From: an uncultured Acidiferrobacteraceae bacterium
GTDB taxonomy: Bacteria > Pseudomonadota > Gammaproteobacteria > Acidiferrobacterales > SZUA-150
NCBI GenBank assembly: GCA_913009895.1
Contig: CAJVXY010000013.1
Span: forward strand, 42 to 64,041
Direction of reading: 5' to 3'
Length of the DNA: 64,000 nt
The stretch's first letter is position 1, and each line of letters begins with the position of its first letter. Positions 49,153 through 58,941 of this stretch are shown here, one piece after another. The notes beneath the pieces are model-generated. The model was not told the DNA's origin. It saw nothing but the letters and a program-made list of their open reading frames with translations, and did no database searches. Both the position numbers and the translations under genes were made by a program.

Positions 49153-49680
49153 ATGCGGCACTACGAAATTGTATTCCTGGTTCACCCGGACCAGAGCGAA
49201 CAAGTCCCGGCGATGATTGATCGCTATCGAACTGCGATCGAAGCCCAGGATGGAAAAATCCATCGACTCGAAGACTGGGGGCGACGGCAGCTGGCATACC
49301 CAATTAACAAAATTCATAAAGCCCATTACGTGTTGCTCAATATCGAATGCAGCCTGGAAACCCTGCGTGAGCTGGAATCAGGATTTAAATTTAACGATGC
49401 CGTGATCAGGTCCATGGTACTGGCACGAAAAGAAGCCGTAACAGCAGCATCTCCCATGGCCAAGGAAAATCAGGAGCAGCAGGACTCCACAACGCCTGCT
49501 GGTGCTGAGAACGAAAAGGCTGCAGTTAGTGCCAGTAAACCCGGCGCCGACGACGTTAGCGGTCAGGACAAAACACCTGACGCTACGCCAGAGGCTAAAC
49601 CTGAGGCTAAAACTGCATCAGAAGCAGTGGCAACGGAAGCTGATGGTGAATCCGAAACAAAAATTGAGAACGGGGAGTAA
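49153..49680 (+). CDS. rpsF: 30S ribosomal protein S6 with long acidic low-complexity C-terminal extension
   Basis: [18 protein letters not shown]...[14 protein letters not shown]. About 65 extra residues are rich in E, A, T, P and K. Confidence 0.93.
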   Translation: MRHYEIVFLVHPDQSEQVPAMIDRYRTAIEAQDGKIHRLEDWGRRQLAYPINKIHKAHYVLLNIECSLETLRELESGFKFNDAVIRSMVLARKEAVTAASPMAKENQEQQDSTTPAGAENEKAAVSASKPGADDVSGQDKTPDATPEAKPEAKTASEAVATEADGESETKIENGE

Positions 49681-49685
49681 CTGAT

Positions 49686-49946
49686 ATGGCATATGGCGCA
49701 AAAAAACCTCGTGATGGCGGCGGCTCACGTTTTTTTCGACGAAAAAAATACTGCCGTTTCACTTCAGAAGGCATCAAGGAAATTGATTACAAAGATATTG
49801 CTTTGTTGAAGCAGTACATTACTGAAACTGGCAAAATCATTCCAAGCCGGAATACAGGTACCAAAGCACGTTACCAGAGACAGCTCACATCGGCAGTAAA
49901 ATATGCTCGTTATCTGGCCTTGTTACCTTACTGCGATAGCCATTAA
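49686..49946 (+). CDS. rpsR: 30S ribosomal protein S18
   Basis: [10 protein letters not shown]...IDYKD...[17 protein letters not shown]. No priB lies between rpsF and rpsR. Confidence 0.95.
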   Translation: MAYGAKKPRDGGGSRFFRRKKYCRFTSEGIKEIDYKDIALLKQYITETGKIIPSRNTGTKARYQRQLTSAVKYARYLALLPYCDSH

Positions 49947-50002
49947 AAAATTAGGCAGTGTTTCGTTTAACTCGTTAAATATTTTTATACAAGGCAAGTA
50001 TT

Positions 50003-50449
50003 ATGGAAGTCATTCTATTAGAAAAAATTAGAAATTTGGGCAGTCTTGGCGAACAGGTCCGGGTAAAAAATGGTTATGCCAGGAATTTCTTGTTACCAAC
50101 CGGCAAGGCAGTGGTGGCCAACAAGGTAAACAAGGAGCAATTTGAAGCACGCAGAGAAGAGCTGGAAGCAGCACAGTCAGATCAACTTGCTAAAGCAGAG
50201 TCGCGTCAGGCCAAACTAGAGAATATGAGCCTTGAACTTAAGAGTCGTGCCAGTGAAGAGGGTAAACTTTTTGGCTCAGTTGGCTCAAAAGAGATTGCAG
50301 AGGCGGTCTCAAACGCTGGAACTGAAGTGAGTCGTGCCGAAGTGCAATTTCCTGACGGACCAATCAAGGAATTGGGTGATTTTAAAGTACTTATTGCATT
50401 ACACCCTGAAGTATCAGTTACTATTGCGGTTAATGTCTCTGCAGAATAA
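50003..50449 (+). CDS. rplI: 50S ribosomal protein L9
   Basis: MEVILLEKIRNLGSLGEQVRVKNGYARNFLLP. Confidence 0.95.
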   Translation: MEVILLEKIRNLGSLGEQVRVKNGYARNFLLPTGKAVVANKVNKEQFEARREELEAAQSDQLAKAESRQAKLENMSLELKSRASEEGKLFGSVGSKEIAEAVSNAGTEVSRAEVQFPDGPIKELGDFKVLIALHPEVSVTIAVNVSAE

Positions 50450-50662
50450 TTAAGACCGCAAAGTCTGGAGCCTGGTGCAGTCGAATTTAATATTTGCTGT
50501 AGTAAAGACCAGTTTCGCCGAACTTCACTACAACTAGTCGACAGTTTTACGGTAAAAAAAGAAAGTTTCCATTAAGTTTCATCTGGCATGGCATCCTCAG
50601 TGTTAAACGGTCATAATGACGCTTCCAGATCATAAAAAATTATGTGGTGTTGAGGAGTTTCG

Positions 50663-52051
50663 TTGGAAGAACACGCCTATTCTGTTTCTGAAAAGAGTGC
50701 CCAGTCACTCAAAGTCCCTCCACAATCCATAGAAGCAGAACAATCCGTGCTTGGCGGCCTGATGCTGGACAACCAGCGCTGGGAAATCATTGCCGACAAG
50801 ATCACCGAAAGCGATTTTTATCGCAAGGAACACCGGGTAATTTTCCGCGCTATCAGTCACCTGCTGGAAGACGATAAGCCTGCCGATGTTGTAACGATTT
50901 CCGAGTGGTTGTCGAAACTGGAAGAACTGGACACCGCAGGTGGCATGGAATACCTGGGCTGGTTAGCCGCCAATACCCCGAGCGCGGCCAATATTCACGC
51001 CTACGCAGATATTGTCCATGAGCGGGCCATATTGCGGAAACTAATTACTGTTAGCGGGGGCATTGCCACTAGCGCTTATCGTCCCGAGGGCTTGTCGGCT
51101 ATCCAAATCCTGGATAACGCTGAAAAAAACATTCTGGATATTAGCGAGCAGGGCAAGCGTAAAGGCGGCTTCAGGTCCATGAAGAGCCTGCTGGCGCCGG
51201 CAATTGATCGTATTGATGAGTTATTTCGATCTGACAGCACCGTGACCGGTGTCCCCACCGGTTATTCCGATCTCGATGATATGACATCGGGCTTTCAGCG
51301 CGCAGACCTGGTGGTGATTGCCGGTCGACCCTCCATGGGCAAAACCTCGTTAGCCATGAATATTGCTGAAAATGCCAGTGTTGGCCACAAAATACCGGTA
51401 GCAGTATTCAGCATGGAAATGCCGGGTGAACAACTGGCCATGCGCATGATGTCATCACTGGGCCGTATCAATGCCCACCGTATCCGTACTGGCAAACTGG
51501 ACGATGATGACTGGCCAAGATTAACCTCGGCTGTCTCAATACTGGGCGAAACACCGATATATGTGGATGACAGCCCCGGCTTAACGCCCATGGACTTACG
51601 TGCCCGTGCCAGGCGCCTGCACAAAGAGAACAACCTGGGTATGATTGTTATTGATTACTTACAACTTATGCAAACCGGTGAGAGCACAGAAAACAGGGCC
51701 ACCGAGATTTCAAATATTACCCGGTCATTAAAAGGCCTGGCCAAAGAATTAAATATTCCAGTTGTGGTGTTGTCGCAACTTAATCGAAGTCTTGAACAAA
51801 GACCCAACAAGCGACCCGTCATGTCAGACTTGCGTGAATCAGGCGCCATTGAGCAGGATGCCGATGTCATTATTTTTATTTATCGCGATGAAGTTTATAA
51901 CGAGGATAGTCCCGAGAAAGGTACCGCGGAAATTATTATTGGTAAACAGCGGAACGGACCCACGGGAACAACTCGCTTAACTTTTCTCGGTGAATATACA
52001 AGATTTGAAAATTTTACAAGTAGCGCTGACTTTGATGAAGTTTATGGTTAA
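50663..52051 (+). CDS. dnaB: replicative DNA helicase DnaB
   Basis: TTG start. PPQSIEAEQSVLGGLM, Walker A GRPSMGKTS, DYLQLM. Normal length, so no intein. Confidence 0.95.
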   Translation: MEEHAYSVSEKSAQSLKVPPQSIEAEQSVLGGLMLDNQRWEIIADKITESDFYRKEHRVIFRAISHLLEDDKPADVVTISEWLSKLEELDTAGGMEYLGWLAANTPSAANIHAYADIVHERAILRKLITVSGGIATSAYRPEGLSAIQILDNAEKNILDISEQGKRKGGFRSMKSLLAPAIDRIDELFRSDSTVTGVPTGYSDLDDMTSGFQRADLVVIAGRPSMGKTSLAMNIAENASVGHKIPVAVFSMEMPGEQLAMRMMSSLGRINAHRIRTGKLDDDDWPRLTSAVSILGETPIYVDDSPGLTPMDLRARARRLHKENNLGMIVIDYLQLMQTGESTENRATEISNITRSLKGLAKELNIPVVVLSQLNRSLEQRPNKRPVMSDLRESGAIEQDADVIIFIYRDEVYNEDSPEKGTAEIIIGKQRNGPTGTTRLTFLGEYTRFENFTSSADFDEVYG

Positions 52052-52113
52052 GCCCGGGCAAAGCGCTTATTTTATTTTCCGAATTATCAACCCCAAACCA
52101 CGCAGCGTAAACC

Positions 52114-53199
52114 ATGGCTAGGCCGGTTCGAGCATTCGTGGATTTGGTTGCACTGCAACATAACTTCAAGCGCGTCAGTGATTTTGCACCACACCTGAAA
52201 ATAATGGCTGTCATCAAGGCCGATGGTTATGGTCATGGCATGTTGCGTGTCGCAAAAAGCTTAAACAAGGCCGATGCATTTGCAGTAGCAAGTACTGAAG
52301 AAGCCCTGATCTTAAGGAATGCCGGGATTAACAAGCCGGTTTTTTTGCTTACTGGATTTCATCACGGTGATGAGTTAAGTGATATCCAGAAACACAACTT
52401 AACCCCGGTGATTCATAACCATGAACAGCTCTCGATACTGGCCGACTGGAAAAAAACAACAGACGCCGACGAGGTATTAAACATTTGGTGCAAGCTCGAT
52501 ACGGGCATGCACCGGGTTGGTTTTGATCCTGGCGAGATTGCAATTGTACAAAAAAAAATAACGGGTGTTCAGAATTTAAACCTGTCGGGAATCATGTCCC
52601 ACCTGGCGAACGCGGATAATGTACTGGACAATAAAACTGATCAGCAAATCTCATTATTTAAGAAATGTATAAAATCAAAATCACTGGCAAAGAGCCTGGC
52701 TAATTCAGCCGGTATTGTGGCCTGGCCAGAAAGTCATTTTGACTGGTTACGTCCCGGCATCATGCTCTTCGGCTCATCTCCCTTGCTGGACAAGTCAGCC
52801 GTTGACCTGGATTTACTCCCCGTCATGACCCTGGAGAGTGAAATTATCAACATCAAAAAATTGAGCAAGCATGAAACAATCGGTTATGGCGGTGACTGGA
52901 CGTGTCCCGAGGACATGTCGGTGGCTGTGGTTGCCATTGGTTACGGCGATGGTTACCCAAGGTCTGCCACTACCGGTACACCGGTAGCCATTAATGGCAA
53001 ACGTAGCCAGGTGCTTGGTAGAGTGTCAATGGATATGATCACGGTTGATCTCAGGGGGATCGAGAATGCTCGCATTGGTGACCCCGTCGAGTTATGGGGC
53101 CAGAATATCCCTATCGACGAAATCGCCACCTTATGCAATACCATTGCTTATGAACTTATGTGCCAGGTTACGCCCCGGGTGCCGCGAATAAGCAGGTAA
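52114..53199 (+). CDS. alr: alanine racemase
   Basis: AVIKADGYGHG (PLP lysine) and C-terminal GRVSMDM. Confidence 0.92.
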   Translation: MARPVRAFVDLVALQHNFKRVSDFAPHLKIMAVIKADGYGHGMLRVAKSLNKADAFAVASTEEALILRNAGINKPVFLLTGFHHGDELSDIQKHNLTPVIHNHEQLSILADWKKTTDADEVLNIWCKLDTGMHRVGFDPGEIAIVQKKITGVQNLNLSGIMSHLANADNVLDNKTDQQISLFKKCIKSKSLAKSLANSAGIVAWPESHFDWLRPGIMLFGSSPLLDKSAVDLDLLPVMTLESEIINIKKLSKHETIGYGGDWTCPEDMSVAVVAIGYGDGYPRSATTGTPVAINGKRSQVLGRVSMDMITVDLRGIENARIGDPVELWGQNIPIDEIATLCNTIAYELMCQVTPRVPRISR

Positions 53200-53223
53200 A
53201 ACTAAAACCCGGACAAATTTTCT

Positions 53224-54618
53224 ATGGCAAAAGTAAAAGCATTATTTTCCTGTAATGATTGTGGTGCCCAGGCGCCACAATGGGCCGGTCAGTGTACGGG
53301 TTGCGGTGCCTGGAATACCATGACGGAGATACCTTCCATTTCGTCCGTAATCATTGGCCCGAGGGCATCCCAGAGAACATCAAATAATAAGACCATCGCA
53401 CCGGCGTCGAACGTAGAGTCGTTACGTGCAATTGCACCGGAACAGCTTATTCGGCTCTCGACAGGTATCCAGGAAATGGACAGGGTATTGGGCGGCGGGC
53501 TGGTACTGGGATCGGCCGTATTACTGGGCGGTGACCCCGGTATTGGCAAATCAACTTTATTGTTACAGGCCGTTGCAAAAATTGCTGAGGATGCAAAAGT
53601 TTTATACGTAACCGGTGAAGAATCCAGCCAACAGGTTGCCCTGCGGGCTCGCCGTTTATTAAATGAAAGCGCCGATGTCCTGTTGTTGGCTGAAACACGT
53701 GTCGAAAAAATTCTGGCTACATTAATCAAGGAGCAACCCCAGGTAGTGGTGATTGATTCAATCCAGACCATATTTTCTGACATTCTTCAGTCGGCGCCCG
53801 GCAGTGTTTCACAGGTCAGGGAAACGGCTGCACAGCTTGTGCGTTTTGCCAAGCATAATGATATTGCCCTGTTTCTTATTGGCCATGTCACGAAAGATGG
53901 ATCCATCGCGGGCCCCAGGGTGCTTGAGCATATTGTTGATGCCGTGCTCTATTTCGAGGGTGATCAGTCAAGCCGGTTTCGCATAGTACGGGCATTCAAA
54001 AACAGGTTTGGCGCGGTAAACGAAATTGGTGTTTTTGCCATGACAGAATCCGGTCTGCGGGAGGTAAGCAATCCTTCGGCCATGTTTATTGGCAACCAGA
54101 CCAAAAACTTGCCTGGTAGCACAATCCTGGCGACCCAGGAGGGCACGAGACCGCTACTGGTTGAAGTGCAGGCGCTGGTTGATACCAGTCAACTGGGCAA
54201 CCCGAGAAGGGTCTGTGTGGGTCTGGATGGCAATCGCCTGGCCATGTTGCTGGCCGTCCTGCACCGGCATGCAGGCATTGCTGCAGGTGATCAGGATGTT
54301 TTTATCAATGTGGCAGGCGGAATCAGAGTAACCGAAACAGCCTCGGACCTGGCTGTCCTGGCGGCGCTCGTGTCCAGCCTGCGGGACAAACCTGTCGACG
54401 AGGGTTTGGTAATCTTTGGCGAAATAGGACTAGGTGGCGAAATACGGCCGGTGCAGCGGGGACAGGAGAGAATTCAGGAATGTTCCAAGCTCGGTTTTAG
54501 TAAAATACTGATACCCAAGGCAAACAAGGCCAAAAATAGAGATCATAAATCAAGCGCAAAAGTAGAAGTAATACCCGTCTCCACGCTGGAGGAAGCGCTG
54601 GAATATTTATTTAGTTAA
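53224..54618 (+). CDS. radA: DNA repair protein RadA/Sms
   Basis: Zinc ribbon CNDCGA...CTGCGAWN, Walker A GGDPGIGKST, KNRFG motif, and a Lon-like C-terminal domain. Confidence 0.95.
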   Translation: MAKVKALFSCNDCGAQAPQWAGQCTGCGAWNTMTEIPSISSVIIGPRASQRTSNNKTIAPASNVESLRAIAPEQLIRLSTGIQEMDRVLGGGLVLGSAVLLGGDPGIGKSTLLLQAVAKIAEDAKVLYVTGEESSQQVALRARRLLNESADVLLLAETRVEKILATLIKEQPQVVVIDSIQTIFSDILQSAPGSVSQVRETAAQLVRFAKHNDIALFLIGHVTKDGSIAGPRVLEHIVDAVLYFEGDQSSRFRIVRAFKNRFGAVNEIGVFAMTESGLREVSNPSAMFIGNQTKNLPGSTILATQEGTRPLLVEVQALVDTSQLGNPRRVCVGLDGNRLAMLLAVLHRHAGIAAGDQDVFINVAGGIRVTETASDLAVLAALVSSLRDKPVDEGLVIFGEIGLGGEIRPVQRGQERIQECSKLGFSKILIPKANKAKNRDHKSSAKVEVIPVSTLEEALEYLFS

Positions 54619-55347
54619 TTACTTCAAATAAAACTGCAAGCGCGTGCCGGCAACTTCAATAATATCCCCGTTTTTTAATACGGCGCCATTGCCAGGGGGC
54701 ACATCACGTCCATTTAGTTTTGGCCCAGGTTCGTTACCGGCGGTGCCGGCAATACGGTAACCATCGGGAATACGGGTGATGGTGCCCGAAACTTTACCTG
54801 CTTTACCCAGGTTTGTTACCGACTTGTTCAAATTAAGTCTGCGGCCACTATTGGCACCATTGAGCACAAAGATAGCGCCTTGCCGCTCGGTTTCCTTTTT
54901 CCTGGCAGTAACAGGCGCCATGGTTTCCTTGGCAAAATCTTTTGCTGGCTCCGGTTCAGGTTCAGGCTGGGGCTGGGGCTGAGGCTGAGGCGTCGGACTG
55001 ACATCCGGATTAATGATAACTGTTTTGGCAAAGTCTTCAGTAAGCTCCTCATTTTTCTGTGAGTCCGCATAATAAATCATGGTGTGTTTGCCAATAGCAA
55101 TTACATCACCGCTTTTAAGATGATGCTTGGTAATGCGCTTATTATTTACAAAGGAGCCATTGGTGCTGCCCAAATCCTGGATAAATGAATCATCACCAAT
55201 TGTAAAGATATTTGCATGTTCTCCACTAACGGCCAGGTTATCCAGAAAAATTTCAGTGCTGGCTTTCCTGCCGATTTTCATATCGCCCTGTTTTATTTCG
55301 ATATGATCAATGACTTCTTCATTGAATTTTAAGATTAATTTAGCCAT
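54619..55347 (-). CDS. FHA-domain protein (N-terminal FHA, Pro-Gln/Pro-Glu linker, second FHA-like domain)
   Basis: GRKASTEIFLDNLAVSGEHANI...GSTNGSFVNNKRI is a canonical FHA. The linker is PTPQPQPQPQPEPEPEP. The C-terminal part (GRRLNLNKSVTNLGK...NGRDV) looks like a second FHA. Confidence 0.85.
   Translation of the reverse strand: MAKLILKFNEEVIDHIEIKQGDMKIGRKASTEIFLDNLAVSGEHANIFTIGDDSFIQDLGSTNGSFVNNKRITKHHLKSGDVIAIGKHTMIYYADSQKNEELTEDFAKTVIINPDVSPTPQPQPQPQPEPEPEPAKDFAKETMAPVTARKKETERQGAIFVLNGANSGRRLNLNKSVTNLGKAGKVSGTITRIPDGYRIAGTAGNEPGPKLNGRDVPPGNGAVLKNGDIIEVAGTRLQFYLK
54947..54994. repeat. hexanucleotide tandem repeat encoding (PQ)4(PE)3 inside the FHA gene
   Basis: Plus strand reads ggctcc ggttca ggttca ggctgg ggctgg ggctga ggctga ggcgtc, about 8 imperfect 6-nt units. 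Confidence 0.8.
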
Positions 55348-55476
55348 TTTATTTTCCCGTTAATGCGCAGTGTGATATTGCTTTATCTTTAAATTTAACA
55401 AAATCAAATTTAACAAAGTCAGTTCGTGAATAACTGTAACAATTCTTTATAATAATTCGTTTTTTAAAAGTGTTTA

Positions 55477-56232
55477 TCAGGTTCTTACCAGTATGATTGA
55501 TATATTATCAGGGCCGCCTTTCGAATTGACATCATTGACCATTTTCATCGCAATCACTTCCAGGTCACCAGCACCATTTAACAGGTGATTTTCGATCTCT
55601 TTATCGGGCAACACGTCACTCAGTCCATCTGAACAAAGCAAATAAACGTCATCTTGTCTGGTATCTTCTTCTACCACATCAACCACTACTGTTGCCTCAA
55701 CGCCAAGGGCCCGTGTGACCAGGTTTTTATTAAATGCAGTTGTTGCCTCTTCTTCAGATATGAGTCCGCGACTTAAAAGTTCCTGTACGACCGAATGGTC
55801 TTCGGTTATTTGTTCCAGTTTCTTGTCTCGCAATCGATATAATCTCGAATCACCTACGTGTGCGACAGATATCTTGTTGGCATGAAACATGGCAGCAACC
55901 ACTGTTGATCCCATGCCTGCACATTCGACCTTGGCCTGGGCAGTTTCATGGACTGTTGCGTTGGCCAGCTCGACGGCCTGCTTGATTGATTCTGCCTCAA
56001 AAGAGAGCTCATCTGATTGCACTTCTTTATTATCACGAGCCAGCTTATCTTCCATATGGCGACTAATAATTTCAACAGCGAGACCACTGGCAACTTCACC
56101 AGCACGATGACCGCCCATGCCATCGGCCAGTACCACCAGCCCCAAATCAGCAATAGTAGCGATACTGTCTTCATTGTTATCGCGGCTTTTGCCGGTATCG
56201 GTAATTGATGCGACTTCTATTGATTGGCTCAT
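55477..56232 (-). CDS. PP2C-family Ser/Thr protein phosphatase
   Basis: RDNNEDS, ADGMGGHRAGEVAS, CSDGLSD and GGPDNISIILV motifs. Confidence 0.9.
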   Translation of the reverse strand: MSQSIEVASITDTGKSRDNNEDSIATIADLGLVVLADGMGGHRAGEVASGLAVEIISRHMEDKLARDNKEVQSDELSFEAESIKQAVELANATVHETAQAKVECAGMGSTVVAAMFHANKISVAHVGDSRLYRLRDKKLEQITEDHSVVQELLSRGLISEEEATTAFNKNLVTRALGVEATVVVDVVEEDTRQDDVYLLCSDGLSDVLPDKEIENHLLNGAGDLEVIAMKMVNDVNSKGGPDNISIILVRT

Positions 56233-56266
56233 ATTGCTAATTATAATCCGATAATTGAAAAAATTG

Positions 56267-58789
56267 CTAAATTTTAGCTAAACAGCGCTCGATAGACTTG
56301 GAAAATTCTTCGCCAGTTTGATACCTTTTTGTCGCGTCTTTCTGCAAGGCTTTATCAACAATGGTTTTGATGCATGTTGGCAGATCAGACCGTATTTTTG
56401 TAATATCTTTTTGTTTCGAATTGGTGATCTGGTACATGAGGGCCGCCATGGAGTCCCCGGTAAAAGGCTGTTCGCCACTCAGCATTTCATACATCATTAC
56501 ACCCAGGGAAAAGAGATCAGAGCGGCCATCAACATGTTTGCCTGCCAGTTGTTCAGGTGACATATAGGAGGGCGTGCCCAGGACGACACCTGTTTTGGTT
56601 TTGCTGGAAGCGGTTATCCTGGCAATACCAAAATCGGTCACCTTGACCAGATTTTTTTCTTCACTGTACATGATATTTGCCGGTTTAATGTCGCGGTGTA
56701 CAACATCCTGTTTGTGGGCAAAATCCAGGGCATTGGCCACATCCTGAATAATTTTTAATACCCATTTTACAGGCAATTTCTTGTCTTTACGGATGAAGGT
56801 CGTCAGGTCTGCGCCATGCAGAAATTCCATCGCAATATAGGCCAGGTCGTGCTCGTCTCCAGCATCATAAATAGTGACAATATTAGGATGACTCAAACGG
56901 CCGGCAGTTTCTGCTTCCCTGAAAAATCGCTCTTTTACCGCGACCAGTTCATCGCCTTCAAACTCGTCTGACAACGCCAAAGTTTTAATCGCCACAGTCC
57001 GGTTAATTTTCGGATCCTTACCAAGGTAAACAACGCCCATGGCACCCTTGCCCAGTTCTTTTTCAACTTCGTAACGACCCAGTGTCGGTTTTTGGTCAAC
57101 CGCATTTAGCACCATGGTGCCACTGGGCCCGGCTTTGCCCATCATCACCGTGCCATCAACATGATCGACCCGTTGTTTTCGTTGCCGTACGTCACGGAAA
57201 TTTTTATTGTTGTCCAGGATATAACCGTAGGCCGCACCCGCCTTGCCAAACTGGCGTTTACGCTCAAAATCCAGTGCCAGGTTGTAAATCAAATCAAGCA
57301 CGGAATCATCGACTGGTAACTTGCGGAACTTGTCCAGGGCCATATCCAGCTGGCCCTGAGACTGTAGTGCCAGACCCAGCATACGGTTCGATTGTGCCGA
57401 ATCGGTTTCGACAAGTTGTTTAAGCCTTTCAGTGGCAAAAAATCGTTTGGTCGTGATGAGCAAATGACCAACGAACAGGAGCAGGGCAGGGGCGGTGGTT
57501 TTAATCCAGAGTTTTTCACTAATCATCAGGTATTGGCCGCCACCCACAAGTGAAATTAACAATATAAATGACAGGAATGCAGCAACGCCTGCGCCGATAT
57601 TTGGTAATGCCAGCATAAGATAAAGCAAAACCAGTCCCAGCAGACCGTACTCTACCTTAGTGGACCAGTCGGGCCTGGTATAAAAGTCCTGGTTGAGAAT
57701 GCTCGTGACAATATTAGCGGTTAACTCGGGGCCATTCATGCTGGATGAGATTGGCGTTGCATACGTGTTACCGACACCAACTGCAGTCGAGCCGATCAGA
57801 ATTATTTTATTGCGAAAAATTGAATTAGGAATTTTGCCTTCCTGGACATCGTAAAAAGAATAAGTTGCAAAAGCGCTCTTGCCATTTTCACCAGGATAAA
57901 ACCCGGAGTACATCAACATGCTGGGATCGGTTTTTATATACAACTTGCCAAGATTCAGGCCTCTCCCCAGGTCAACCTTGATATTTTTGATGCGCAAATT
58001 AAGACTGCGGGCAGCGATGAGTAGCGCCATTGAAGGATAGTATTCACCATAATATTCCAGCAGTAATGGTTCGGTGCGAATGCCGCCATCCGCATCTGGA
58101 ATAAAATTAAGATGGCCAATACCAGCGGTACGACGACCAAACACTTTCAGTGGATAACGAACCGTATTGGCAGTAAAAGGGCCGGCACCAATTGCGGCCT
58201 GTTGACTGATTCTTTTGAGTCGATTGCGCCGGACAAAATCAGGTAGCGCTGCATCCGGATTGCCCAGCGCCTCACCCAGTGTAAAAAACATGGGCATTAA
58301 TATATTTTTTACCTTGGGAATGGTGCGGGCCAGTTTGCCATCGGCATCAAGATCTGATTCGGCCTGTCTTAAAAACTGGCGCATGGTGTTGACTTGTTTG
58401 GCGGCCTTTTTTGGAAATTTTGCGGCATTAAGGTATTGCTGGAGTTTGCCAATATATTCCAGGCCAGGGTCTGTTTGCGGTTCTGTCAGAAATATTTGCA
58501 AACCTATAACTTTAGCCTTCACTGCTGCCAGTTTTTCAATCATGTTGGCCAACACGTTTCGCGGCCAGGGCCAGCGGCCAATTTTTTCTATGGATTGATC
58601 ATCAATGGCGATAATGGCGATTTTGTCTGTGGCGTTGGGGTTGCGGTAGGTTAAGCGGACGCCGGAGTCATAAGCAACATTTTCAACTATCTCAAGAATC
58701 GGGGCCTGTCTATAAACCAGGGCGCTGAATACAAGGCCAATGATTAATGCCCATAACCAGTCACGGCTGAAAAACCCTCCTTTAGACAT
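56267..58789 (-). CDS. CHASE2 sensor domain / Hanks-type Ser/Thr protein kinase fusion
   Basis: 840 aa. N-terminal TM helix plus a periplasmic CHASE2-like region of about 350 aa, followed by 3 TM helices. A helical-repeat linker comes next. The C-terminal kinase has GKGAMGVVY, VAIKTL, HRDIKPANIM, DFGIAR and GTPSYMSPEQ. Confidence 0.85.
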   Translation of the reverse strand: MSKGGFFSRDWLWALIIGLVFSALVYRQAPILEIVENVAYDSGVRLTYRNPNATDKIAIIAIDDQSIEKIGRWPWPRNVLANMIEKLAAVKAKVIGLQIFLTEPQTDPGLEYIGKLQQYLNAAKFPKKAAKQVNTMRQFLRQAESDLDADGKLARTIPKVKNILMPMFFTLGEALGNPDAALPDFVRRNRLKRISQQAAIGAGPFTANTVRYPLKVFGRRTAGIGHLNFIPDADGGIRTEPLLLEYYGEYYPSMALLIAARSLNLRIKNIKVDLGRGLNLGKLYIKTDPSMLMYSGFYPGENGKSAFATYSFYDVQEGKIPNSIFRNKIILIGSTAVGVGNTYATPISSSMNGPELTANIVTSILNQDFYTRPDWSTKVEYGLLGLVLLYLMLALPNIGAGVAAFLSFILLISLVGGGQYLMISEKLWIKTTAPALLLFVGHLLITTKRFFATERLKQLVETDSAQSNRMLGLALQSQGQLDMALDKFRKLPVDDSVLDLIYNLALDFERKRQFGKAGAAYGYILDNNKNFRDVRQRKQRVDHVDGTVMMGKAGPSGTMVLNAVDQKPTLGRYEVEKELGKGAMGVVYLGKDPKINRTVAIKTLALSDEFEGDELVAVKERFFREAETAGRLSHPNIVTIYDAGDEHDLAYIAMEFLHGADLTTFIRKDKKLPVKWVLKIIQDVANALDFAHKQDVVHRDIKPANIMYSEEKNLVKVTDFGIARITASSKTKTGVVLGTPSYMSPEQLAGKHVDGRSDLFSLGVMMYEMLSGEQPFTGDSMAALMYQITNSKQKDITKIRSDLPTCIKTIVDKALQKDATKRYQTGEEFSKSIERCLAKI

Positions 58790-58941
58790 GCTGCATCCTC
58801 TTATGCACTTATTGTATTTATTACAGTTTTAAGGGTAGCTCAAAGCCGGGGACTTGTAAGCGCAGGCGACCAGGGCCCGATTGGCTAATAACTCTACTGT
58901 AGCAAAGAGTTAAGTGCTTGTCTTTACAATTAAATTTAAGT

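Noticed and set aside
50663-52051. Checked dnaB for an intein or mobile insertion.
   Set aside because: The 462-aa length and uninterrupted Walker A to DYLQLM spacing are normal, so there is no insertion.
54616-54621. The radA and FHA-gene stop codons abut with zero spacer. The ydjM-like and yggS stops likewise overlap at 63239-63242.
   Set aside because: Convergent genes with touching stops are common in compact genomes. No hairpin or other element is present to suggest special regulation.
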